The notes beneath the pieces are model-generated. The model ran no database searches, had not been told where the DNA came from, and saw only the letters and a program-made list of their open reading frames with translations. DNA of 64,000 nt, taken from positions 32,001 to 96,000 of the forward strand of contig JAXGPA010000005.1 in the NCBI GenBank assembly GCA_040767195.1. The letters run 5' to 3'. This document shows, piece after piece, positions 35,335 through 44,088 of the stretch; within the stretch, counting starts at the first letter, position 1, and each line of letters opens with the position of its first letter. The DNA is from Syntrophales bacterium. Its GTDB lineage: Bacteria > Desulfobacterota > Syntrophia > Syntrophales > UBA6807. Both the position numbers and the translations under genes were made by a program.

Positions 35335-35471
35335 CGGCCCGTCGAGAAACAGGTTCACGCGGGTTCGACGATATGATCCCTGTTACAGAAACGTGGGCGT
35401 GTCTGTATCCTCGATTCGTTCCTTTTTGTTGGGACGGGGCCTGAAAAATACCTGAAAAAGGAGACCGAGCC

Positions 35472-37439
35472 GTGAAAATTTCACGAAGGGAGTTTCTTCA
35501 GCGCTCCACCAGGATGTCGGCGGCCGCCTTGATCGGCGGCGCCGCCGGCGGCGGTGCCTTGTCCGGCTGTTTCTGGGATGACGACGGTGACAGCGTCACC
35601 CAGTCCCACCCGAACGTCCTGCTCATCATGGTGGATCAGATGCGGACGCCGCCGGAGTACAAGTCCGGCGAGGGCGCCGTTCAGGACTTGAAGGAAATCC
35701 TCGGTTTCCGGCCCCTTTCCCCGGACAACGAATACACCGCGTTCTTCCCCGGTCTTCTGCGGTTGCGCCGGAACGCCGTCGTCCTGAGAACGCACTACAC
35801 CGCGTCGGCCGCCTGCACCCCCAGCCGGGCCTGCATCATGACCGGCCAATATGCGAGCGTGACCGGCGTCACCGACACGGACCAGATGTTCAAGACCGTC
35901 GCCGATGTGTCCTGGCTCGACCCGGACGGTACGCCGACCATCGGCCACTGGTTTCGCGCCGTCGGTTACACCACCCACTACTTCGGGAAATGGCACGTGT
36001 CGGAGGCCAACGAGGAGACCGATTATCTCGAACCCTGGGGGTTTTCCGAGTGGGAAAAATCCTATCCCGAGGCCCACGGCGGGAACGCTTACAACACGGG
36101 TACGTTCCGCGATATCGGGTGCGCCGACAACGTCGTCGCGTTCCTCGAAAAAAAGGGAAGGGAGGCTTCCGGGCGTCCCTGGTTCGCCGTCGGCTCCATT
36201 CTCAACCCCCACGACTGCAGCATGTGGCCCCTGAACTGGCAGATGCCCAACGAAACGGGCGTCGTGGAGTGGAAGAATTACCCGCCCCCGCCCTCCATTC
36301 CTGAAAAGTGGCAGGAAAGCCTCGAGGGCACCGTCTGCCCCGGGACGAACAATGAAAAAACCTTCCGGGTGGACCTGAACCCGGACGGCTTTCCCCAGGA
36401 CAACTGCGCCCTGCCGCCGACCTACAAGGAGTCCCTGGATGACAAGCCCCGGTGCCAGAAAGACTACGCCCTCAAGTGGGGACTCGCCTTCGCCGCGAAC
36501 TGGGACGAGGGTTTCATGGAAATGGGCCTTCCCCGCTTGTCCCCTCTCCCCTTTCAGCTCCGGGGCGAAAACGCCGATGCCTGGTTCCTCCATTACAGCC
36601 AGTTCTATCTCTACTGCCACTACCTGGCGGATCTCCAGATCCGGAGGATGCTGGCGGCCCTCGACGATAACAACCTGGCGGACAATACCATCGTCGTCTT
36701 CCTTTCCGACCATGGCGAACTGACGGGCGCCCACGGCGGCATGATTCAGAAGTGGCACAACGCCTATGAAGAGAGCATCCGGGTGCCCATGATCCTGTCG
36801 TCGCCCCTGGTGAACGGAAACAGGGATGAAATGAGGGAAATCCTCGAGCCCACCAGCTCCATCGATTTCGCCCCGACCATCCTGGCCCTGGCCGGGTACG
36901 ACGAGGAAACGGTGAGGGGCCTCGTGGAGAAGGTTCACGGCAAGTCGGTGGTGAAGCCCTTTGTGGGCGCCGATCTGTCGTCTTATGTCACCGGTGAGCA
37001 CGGGGGAGACATTATCGGGCCTGACGGAAAACCGAGGGCCGGTGTCTTCTTCATGACAAACGACACCATCACGGCTCTCGGTCAAAGCGGTGCGAAGGAA
37101 ACCCCCTACGACCTGTTCCTGGACGACGTGGAAACGCTGATCGGTGAAGGAAAGCTCGAGGCGCCCGGCTCCGTCAGGCAGCCCAACAACGTGAGGGCCC
37201 TGTGCACCGGGGACTGGAAGATCGCCCGGTACGTAGACCCCAACGGGGTCGAGCCCGATGAGTGGGAACTCTACTGCCTGGCGGCGGATCCCGTGGAGGA
37301 AACCAATCTCGTCGATTTCAGGACGGGGGACGTCCGTGACGGCGTGACCGTGCCCGGCATGACGCAGCTCGAGCTGAGATTGAAAAACCTGGAACTGAGA
37401 ACGGAACTGGCCCGGCAGGAAGCACTCCTGCTCGGCTGA
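35472..37439 (+). CDS. Formylglycine-dependent sulfatase (Cys-type), Tat-exported lipoprotein
   Basis: SRREFL Tat motif, LSGC lipobox, PNVLLIMVDQ, CTPSR (CxPxR), GKWH, SDHG. Confidence 0.92.
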   Translation: MKISRREFLQRSTRMSAAALIGGAAGGGALSGCFWDDDGDSVTQSHPNVLLIMVDQMRTPPEYKSGEGAVQDLKEILGFRPLSPDNEYTAFFPGLLRLRRNAVVLRTHYTASAACTPSRACIMTGQYASVTGVTDTDQMFKTVADVSWLDPDGTPTIGHWFRAVGYTTHYFGKWHVSEANEETDYLEPWGFSEWEKSYPEAHGGNAYNTGTFRDIGCADNVVAFLEKKGREASGRPWFAVGSILNPHDCSMWPLNWQMPNETGVVEWKNYPPPPSIPEKWQESLEGTVCPGTNNEKTFRVDLNPDGFPQDNCALPPTYKESLDDKPRCQKDYALKWGLAFAANWDEGFMEMGLPRLSPLPFQLRGENADAWFLHYSQFYLYCHYLADLQIRRMLAALDDNNLADNTIVVFLSDHGELTGAHGGMIQKWHNAYEESIRVPMILSSPLVNGNRDEMREILEPTSSIDFAPTILALAGYDEETVRGLVEKVHGKSVVKPFVGADLSSYVTGEHGGDIIGPDGKPRAGVFFMTNDTITALGQSGAKETPYDLFLDDVETLIGEGKLEAPGSVRQPNNVRALCTGDWKIARYVDPNGVEPDEWELYCLAADPVEETNLVDFRTGDVRDGVTVPGMTQLELRLKNLELRTELARQEALLLG

Positions 37440-37483
37440 TCGGGGTTGCCGTTCTTTTCCGAAAAGGCGTTTGACACCGCTTT

Positions 37484-38746
37484 ATGGTCCATGACCAGCA
37501 GAAAGACCGGCCCGCCGCCGGGCCCGGCGGCGGGCCGCAGGTCCCCTTTCATCTCATGGCAAAACCGGCCGGGCCGGTCTGCAATCTCCGCTGCCGATAC
37601 TGTTTCTACCGGGAGAAAGAGGCCTTTTTCCCCGGGGGAACGTCCCTGTTCATGCCGGAAGAGGTTCTCGAGGCCTACACCCGGGAATACATCCGGTCCC
37701 AGCCCGGACCTTCCGTTCTTTTCGAGTGGCAGGGGGGCGAGCCAGCCCTGGCGGGGCTGGATTTTTTCCGGAAAGCCCTGGAATTTCAAAAAAAGTACAA
37801 TCAGGGAAAAGAGATTTCCAATTCCTTTCAGACGAACGGGACGCTTCTGGACGAGTCCTGGTGCGCCTTCCTCTCGAAAAACCGCTTCCTCGTCGGCTTG
37901 AGCCTGGACGGGCCCGAGGCGGTTCACGACGCCTTCCGCGTGGACCGGGACGGCGGGCCGACGTTCAGCCGGGTTCTCGATTCCCTGAGGTTGATGCAGA
38001 AGCACGGGGTCGAATTCAACGTTCTCGCCGCCGTGAACCGGGAAAGCGCGAAGAAGCCCCTCGAGATCTATCGTTTTTTCAGGGAGAAGGACGTCCGGTT
38101 CATCCAGTTCGTGCCCATCGTGGAAAGGGAAGCGGATGGCGAGGCGGAACGGCTCGGTCTCTCCCTTGCCGTCCCGCCTTCACTCGACGGGAAAGGGCCG
38201 TCCCTGTCGGTGACGCCCTGGAGCGTGAAGCCCGAAGCGTACGGGGACTTTCTCATCGGTGTCTTCGATGAGTGGGTCAGAAACGACGTGGGCAGGATCT
38301 TCGTGATGAACTTCGAGTGGGCCCTGGCGGCCTGGGCCGGGGTCGGGCCGGGGATGTGCCACCTTGCCCCCCGATGCGGGCGGAACCTGATCCTGGAACA
38401 CAACGGCGACGTTTTTTCCTGCGACCACTTCATGTATCCCGCCTACCGCCTCGGAAACATACGGGAAGACGGACTGGGAGACATGGTCCTCTCAGAACAA
38501 CAGGCCGCCTTCGGCGCGTCGAAGGAAACCGCCCTCCCCGGATATTGCCGTCGCTGTGATGTCCTCTTCGTTTGCCGAGGCGGATGCCTGAAACATCGAT
38601 TCGGCCGGACCCCCGGCGGGGACCCCGGGTTGAATTACCTTTGCGGCGGCTTCAAAAAATTCTACCGCCATGCCGGTCCTGTCATGAAACGCATGACCGA
38701 ACTCATCGGCAGGGGCCTTCCTGTGGCGAAGATCATGGAAGGGTAA
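37484..38746 (+). CDS. Anaerobic sulfatase-maturating enzyme (radical SAM/SPASM)
   Basis: KPAGPVCNLRCRYCFY, WQGGEP, QTNGTLL, SCDHF, CxxC...CRGGC, NYLC. Confidence 0.95.
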   Translation: MVHDQQKDRPAAGPGGGPQVPFHLMAKPAGPVCNLRCRYCFYREKEAFFPGGTSLFMPEEVLEAYTREYIRSQPGPSVLFEWQGGEPALAGLDFFRKALEFQKKYNQGKEISNSFQTNGTLLDESWCAFLSKNRFLVGLSLDGPEAVHDAFRVDRDGGPTFSRVLDSLRLMQKHGVEFNVLAAVNRESAKKPLEIYRFFREKDVRFIQFVPIVEREADGEAERLGLSLAVPPSLDGKGPSLSVTPWSVKPEAYGDFLIGVFDEWVRNDVGRIFVMNFEWALAAWAGVGPGMCHLAPRCGRNLILEHNGDVFSCDHFMYPAYRLGNIREDGLGDMVLSEQQAAFGASKETALPGYCRRCDVLFVCRGGCLKHRFGRTPGGDPGLNYLCGGFKKFYRHAGPVMKRMTELIGRGLPVAKIMEG

Positions 38747-38885
38747 TCGGGCCCGGCGCCCCCTGGTAAAGCCGGGGACAGCACCCTTCAAAGCCTTTTC
38801 TCACGACGGCGGAAAATCGGGATTTTGTCCGGTGAAAGCGGCCTGTGACTCCTATTGTCGTTGATCGGCTTCGAACATGAAGAAC

Positions 38886-39788
38886 CTATTTTCTCGAGGC
38901 CAGGGAGCGTGCCGTTTTTCTCGCCACATCGACGAAATTCCGGAGAACCAGGGAGTCCTGGTCCGTCACCCAGGCCATGTCGAGGACCGTGCGGGCCCCT
39001 CCGGAAATCGTTCTGAAGACGACCCCCTCGATGCGGGAACGCTGCATGGAGGCGGGCACCACGGCTACACCGACGCCCGCCGCCACCAGGCCGATCACCG
39101 TGTGAAACTGGGACGCTTCCAATACGATGCGGGGACTGAAGCCTTCCCGGTGACAGAGGGCGATGATGAAATCGAAGAAACCGGGGCCCCTCTCCCGTGG
39201 AATCATGATGAAGGATTCCCGGGACAGCAGGCGCAGCGGCAGGGAACGTTCACCCTCCAGGGGGTGGTTGCGGGGCATGGCCGCCACCAGGGGTTCCCGG
39301 AAGACCGGCTCGACGGACAAGCCCTCGTCTTCCATTCCCCGGGGCGGCCGCAGGAACCCCACCTGGATTCTTCCATCACGGAGGGCTTCCAGCTGATGGC
39401 TCGTGTTCATTTCCGTCAGGCGAAGCTCCACATCCTGAAACTTTTTTCTGAAATCACGAATGATGTGGGGCAGAACACTGTAATTGGCGGAACCGATGAA
39501 TCCCACGGCAAGGTGCCCGATCTCCCCCTGGTCGGCACGGACCGCCCGGCGGACCGCTTCCCGGGACAGGGCCACAATCCGCCTCGCTTCTTCGAGGAAA
39601 ACCTGTCCCGTCGCGGTGAGTTCCACCCGCCGGTTTGTCCGGTTGAACAACCGGACGCCCAGTTTCTCTTCCAGCTGTTTTATCTGCTGGCTCAGGGGTG
39701 GCTGAGAAATGTTCAGCCTTTTTGCCGCCCTTCCAAAATGAAGCTCTTCCGCGACGGCAATGAAATAGGTGAGATGCCTCAATTCCAT
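38886..39788 (-). CDS. LysR-family regulator
   Basis: MELRHLTYFIAVAEELHFGRAAKRLNISQPPLSQQI. Confidence 0.95.
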   Translation of the reverse strand: MELRHLTYFIAVAEELHFGRAAKRLNISQPPLSQQIKQLEEKLGVRLFNRTNRRVELTATGQVFLEEARRIVALSREAVRRAVRADQGEIGHLAVGFIGSANYSVLPHIIRDFRKKFQDVELRLTEMNTSHQLEALRDGRIQVGFLRPPRGMEDEGLSVEPVFREPLVAAMPRNHPLEGERSLPLRLLSRESFIMIPRERGPGFFDFIIALCHREGFSPRIVLEASQFHTVIGLVAAGVGVAVVPASMQRSRIEGVVFRTISGGARTVLDMAWVTDQDSLVLRNFVDVARKTARSLASRK

Positions 39789-39790
39789 TG

Positions 39791-39805
39791 ATATTTAATA
39801 AATAT
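39791..39805. promoter_or_regulatory. Putative LysR binding site (T-N11-A palindrome)
   Basis: ATATTTA-A-TAAATAT directly upstream of the lysR start in the divergent intergenic region. Confidence 0.55.
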
Positions 39806-39963
39806 TAAAATAAGACGAACAATATATTTTAAATTTAAAAAAACATAGAGTATGCTCTTGTCGAAGTCAACTGAAAATTGAGGGTCAAATAAGATAATTG
39901 AAGGTTTGCAGCGGAACCGGGTTTTTCCTGTTCCGCCGGACCCATGGGAAGGGAGGATCGACG

Positions 39964-40878
39964 ATGATCGGATCGCTTGCCGATTTTGCCCGGCTGGCCC
40001 GGGAGAAGGGACCCAAAAAAATGGCCGTCCTGGCCCCTGAAGACGAGGAGTTCATGACGGCGGTCAAAACGAGCTGGGAGAAGGGTTATATCGAACCCGT
40101 CCTCATCGGCGACGGCGTGAAAATCGCCGGGGTGGCGGAAAAGGTTTCTTTCCCTATCGACCACTTTGAAAAAATTTCCAGTGCCGACCCTCAGGGCATT
40201 TCCGATCTCGGGATCGGGATGCTCTTTTCCGGCGAAACGCCCATTGCCGGCAAGGGCCAGATCCCGACCTCCTACATCTACCGGTCCATCATCCGCGAAG
40301 AAGCGAAGTCGGGTTCGGGGATGACGGTCAGCGTGGTGTCGTTCTGGGAGATTCCGGGAATCGATCACCTCGTCGCCTTCACCGACACGGGGGTCAACAT
40401 CAAGCCGAATCTCAAGGCCAAGAGGGAAATCATCCGGAACGCCGTCTTCGTCTATCATCTCCTGGGTTATCCCCGGCCGAGGATTGCCGTCCTGTCCGGA
40501 CAGCGAGATCTCGGCGGGGACCTGGCCTCCTACGGGGATTACCGGGCCCTGAAAGAGGCCGCCGAGGCCGGTGATTTCGGCTCCTGCGAAATCATGGCGG
40601 CCACGTCGTTCACGGACATCTTCCTCGGCCGCCGTGACCGCCCGGTGGATTACGGCCGGATCCGGGGTGACGACGTGCCTCACATCCTTCTCGTCCCCTG
40701 TCTCGACACGGGCAACATCATCTGCAAGCTCGATTTTTTTCTTGACGTGACCCGGAGCTCACTCGTCGCCACGTCTCGGGGCCCCGTGTGCATTCCCGCC
40801 CGGTCGGACTTCAGCGACAACATCGTCCAGCAGATCGCCATGAGCGTCGTCCTGGCCGACCGCATGGAAAGGAGGTGA
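39964..40878 (+). CDS. Phosphate butyryltransferase-like protein 1
   Basis: KGQIPTS, TDTGVNIKP, LLVPCLDTGNIICK, IPARSD; GGAGG RBS. Confidence 0.8.
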   Translation: MIGSLADFARLAREKGPKKMAVLAPEDEEFMTAVKTSWEKGYIEPVLIGDGVKIAGVAEKVSFPIDHFEKISSADPQGISDLGIGMLFSGETPIAGKGQIPTSYIYRSIIREEAKSGSGMTVSVVSFWEIPGIDHLVAFTDTGVNIKPNLKAKREIIRNAVFVYHLLGYPRPRIAVLSGQRDLGGDLASYGDYRALKEAAEAGDFGSCEIMAATSFTDIFLGRRDRPVDYGRIRGDDVPHILLVPCLDTGNIICKLDFFLDVTRSSLVATSRGPVCIPARSDFSDNIVQQIAMSVVLADRMERR

Positions 40879-40884
40879 CGTGAG

Positions 40885-41802
40885 ATGCTGAACGCGTTCA
40901 AGGATATTACGGAAGCGGCACGTCGGGGCGGGTCGAAAAGAATCGTGGTTCCCTGGCCGACGGAACAGGACCTCGCCGTTCTGGCCGAAGCGGCGGCGGC
41001 GGGGCTCGTCTCCCCGTGCCTGGTGGGAAACGGCGGAAGGCTGAAAGCCCTCGTCGACCGGTCATCCCTGGCGGCAGGAACGTGCGACATCCTGGAGGAA
41101 GACGACCCCCGGCAGGCTCTTTTGAAGGCCATGGCGGTTGTCCGAAGCGGCGACGGTGATATTCTCATGCAGGGCGGCGCCGCCAAGAGCGATCTTTTCC
41201 AGGCCCTTCGGGACAAAGACGCGGGGTGGCTGAACCCGGGCGGGGTTCTGAGCCTCGTTTCCGTCTTTTCCCTTCTGAAGAGAGAAAAGCTGATCCTCGT
41301 CACGGACACCTATATCAACAACCATCCGACCCTGGTGGAAAAACAGAGGATTCTCGGAAACGCCCTCGACCTGGCCCGCCTCCTCGGCATGGAATCGCCG
41401 AAGACCGCCGTCCTGGCGGCCATCGAGCAGGTCAATCCCGGGATTCCCTCCACACTGGACGCCGCCGTCCTGTCCAAGATGGCGGAGCGCCGACAGTTCG
41501 GCAGGGCCGTCGTCGAGGGACCTCTCGACATCGACTGTGCCCTGAGCCAGGTGGCGGCGAAAAGAAAAGGGCTTCAAAGTGCCGTGACAGGCAACGTGGA
41601 CATCTACCTGGTCCCTGAAATCGACACGGGGCTTCTCCTGGCGGAGGCCCTCGTGTTCTTCGGAAGGATGAAGACGGCGGGCGTGGTCATGGGAACGACG
41701 AGACCGGTGATCGTCGATCTTCCTTTTGTCTCCCGTGAAAACCGGGTTGTCGAAATCGCCCTGGCCAGCCTTCTGTGCCGGAAAGGAGGGAAAGATGCCT
41801 GA
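40885..41802 (+). CDS. Phosphate butyryltransferase-like protein 2
   Basis: TDTYINNHP, PKTAVLAAIEQVNP, VEGPLDIDCA, LVPEIDTG. Confidence 0.82.
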   Translation: MLNAFKDITEAARRGGSKRIVVPWPTEQDLAVLAEAAAAGLVSPCLVGNGGRLKALVDRSSLAAGTCDILEEDDPRQALLKAMAVVRSGDGDILMQGGAAKSDLFQALRDKDAGWLNPGGVLSLVSVFSLLKREKLILVTDTYINNHPTLVEKQRILGNALDLARLLGMESPKTAVLAAIEQVNPGIPSTLDAAVLSKMAERRQFGRAVVEGPLDIDCALSQVAAKRKGLQSAVTGNVDIYLVPEIDTGLLLAEALVFFGRMKTAGVVMGTTRPVIVDLPFVSRENRVVEIALASLLCRKGGKDA

Positions 41803-42895
41803 AGGAAAGGATGACAAATATCGCCTCCTCGTGATCAACGTGGGTTCCACGTCGACCAAGGTTGCCGTTTTCCTCGGGAACGATCCCGTGGCGACCGAGA
41901 CGATCCGGTATCGTGCCGAAGACCTCGCCCGTCTACCCTCCTCGGGCGGGCAACTGGAGCTGCGAGAAAAGGACGTGATGGCGTTTCTCGGGAAACACGG
42001 GATCTCCCTTGGGAACATCGACATGGTCGTCAGCCGGGGAGGGCTTGGAAAACCGGCGCCCGCCGGGGCTTACCGGGTCGATGAGACCATGCGCGACGAC
42101 CTCATGGAGGGAAAATACGGGAAACACCCGTCGGCCCTGGGACCTTCCATGGCCCTCGACTTCTCGAAAAAATTCGGGATGCCTGCCCTCGTCGTCGATC
42201 CGCCGAGCACCGACGAATTCGAGCCCCTGGCCCGGATTTCCGGTCTTCCCGAGATCGAGCGCAAAAGTGCCTTTCACGCCCTGAACCAGAAGATGGCGGC
42301 GCGAAAATACGCCCTGTCGGTGGGGAAAAAGTACGAGGAGACGGATGTCGTCGTGGCCCACCTGGGCGGCGGCATCACCATCGGCGCCCACAGGCGCGGA
42401 CGGGTCATCGACTGCACCCACGGCCTTGCCGAAGGGCCCATGACGCCGGAGAGGTCCGGCGGCCTTCCCACGATGGATCTCATCGATCTCGCCTTTTCGG
42501 GGAAAACGGACAAAAAAGGGATCCAGGGCCGCCTCGTGGGGCAGGGCGGGCTGATGGCCTACCTGGGGACGGCGGACGCCCTGACGGTCGAGGACAGGAT
42601 CCGGGGGGGCGATGAAAAGGCGGAAAAAGTTTACGAGGCCGTGGCCTATCAGGTGGCCAAGGAGATCGGCGCCATGGCGACGGTTCTCCAGGGGCGCCTC
42701 GACGCCGTCATCCTCACCGGCGGCCTCGCCCATTCCCGCCTTCTCACGGGCTGGATCGAGGCGCGGATCCGATTCCTCGCGCCGGTTTTCATTTTCCCCG
42801 GCGAAGATGAGATGTCGGCCCTGGCCGAAGGGGGCCTCAGGGTCCTGAGGAAAGAGGAAGAGACAAAGACATACGGGACGGAAGTTCCCCGATAA
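41795..42895 (+). CDS. buk: Butyrate kinase
   Basis: INVGSTSTK, SRGG, FHALNQK, HLGGGIT, PERSG, LTGGLA, PGEDEM. Confidence 0.93.
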   Translation: MPEGKDDKYRLLVINVGSTSTKVAVFLGNDPVATETIRYRAEDLARLPSSGGQLELREKDVMAFLGKHGISLGNIDMVVSRGGLGKPAPAGAYRVDETMRDDLMEGKYGKHPSALGPSMALDFSKKFGMPALVVDPPSTDEFEPLARISGLPEIERKSAFHALNQKMAARKYALSVGKKYEETDVVVAHLGGGITIGAHRRGRVIDCTHGLAEGPMTPERSGGLPTMDLIDLAFSGKTDKKGIQGRLVGQGGLMAYLGTADALTVEDRIRGGDEKAEKVYEAVAYQVAKEIGAMATVLQGRLDAVILTGGLAHSRLLTGWIEARIRFLAPVFIFPGEDEMSALAEGGLRVLRKEEETKTYGTEVPR

Positions 42896-42921
42896 GAGGA
42901 CAGGTCACCGGGAGGGCCATC

Positions 42922-44070
42922 ATGGATTTCACATGGACAGAAGAGCAGGAACTCCTTCGGCAAAACGCGCGGGCGTTCGCCGACAGGTACGTGGAGCCCA
43001 TTGCCGCGGAGATTGACGAGACGGGCCGCCACCCGGAGGCGCTTTTCCGGGAACTCGCCGAAGGGGGGTGGATGGGCATCCCCATCCCCGTGCAATACGG
43101 CGGGGCCGGCTCGGATGTCCTCACCCATGCCCTCGTGGTGGAAGAGATTTCACGGTCCTGCTCGTCCACCGGGTTTACCCTGTCCTTTCACGCCGGCATT
43201 ATCGGCATGACCCTGTACCTGTCCGGAAGCGAGGAACAGAAAGAGGCTTTCCTGGTCCCCCTGGCCGCGGGCAGGCACCTGGGGGCTTTTGCCCTCACCG
43301 AGCCCGGCGCCGGCACCGACGTCATGGCCATCACCACCACGGCGGCCAGGGACGGGAACGATTTTGTCCTTAACGGGACGAAGACCTTCGTCTCCAACGG
43401 CCCCATCGCCGACACGTACATCGTCTTCTGCTGGACCGACCGGTCCGCGGCGAGAAAAGGCATGAGCGCCTTCATCATCCCCCGGGGGACGGCGGGACTG
43501 GCGTCGGGAGAGCCTTTTAGAAAAATGGGGCTCCGGGGGTCGCAGACGTCGGAAGTGACCTTCAGGGACTGCCGGGTGCCCCGGGAAAACCTGCTGGGCC
43601 GGGAAGGCGAGGGGCTTGCCATCGCCATGAGGGGGTTCGACCACGGCCGGATCGGGATAGCCGCCCAGGCCGTGGGGATCCTTCAGGCGGCCCTGGACGA
43701 GTCCATCAAATATTCCAGGGACCGGGTTCAGTTCGGGAAGCCCATCGCCCGCCACCAGGCGATCGCCTGGATGATCTCCGACATGGCGACGGACCTCTGT
43801 GCCGCCCGCCACCTCGCCTGTCATTCCGCCTGGCTGAGGGACAACGGCCGGCCCTTCGCCAAGGAGGCCGCCATGGCCAAGCTTTTCGCGACGGAGGCCG
43901 CCATGAGGCACACGGTCAAGGCGGTCCACATCCAGGGGGGGTACGGGTACATCAAGGGCGCGAAGGTGGAGCGCCTGATGCGGGACGCCAAGATCGCCGA
44001 AATCTACGAGGGCACGTCGGAAGCCCAGAGAATGGTCATATCGGGAAACGTCCTGCGGGCGGGAAGCTGA
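42922..44070 (+). CDS. Short-chain acyl-CoA dehydrogenase (butyryl-CoA dehydrogenase-like)
   Basis: FALTEPGAGTD, NGTKTFVSN, KMGLRGS, GRIGIAAQ, RVQFGKPI, IYEGTSE. Confidence 0.93.
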   Translation: MDFTWTEEQELLRQNARAFADRYVEPIAAEIDETGRHPEALFRELAEGGWMGIPIPVQYGGAGSDVLTHALVVEEISRSCSSTGFTLSFHAGIIGMTLYLSGSEEQKEAFLVPLAAGRHLGAFALTEPGAGTDVMAITTTAARDGNDFVLNGTKTFVSNGPIADTYIVFCWTDRSAARKGMSAFIIPRGTAGLASGEPFRKMGLRGSQTSEVTFRDCRVPRENLLGREGEGLAIAMRGFDHGRIGIAAQAVGILQAALDESIKYSRDRVQFGKPIARHQAIAWMISDMATDLCAARHLACHSAWLRDNGRPFAKEAAMAKLFATEAAMRHTVKAVHIQGGYGYIKGAKVERLMRDAKIAEIYEGTSEAQRMVISGNVLRAGS

Positions 44071-44088
44071 CGGGCGATTCCCCGGTCG

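Noticed and set aside
37484..38746. SPASM enzyme as maturase of the 33502 peptide
   Set aside because: Canonical anSME motifs, no RRE domain, and an adjacent CxPxR sulfatase explains it
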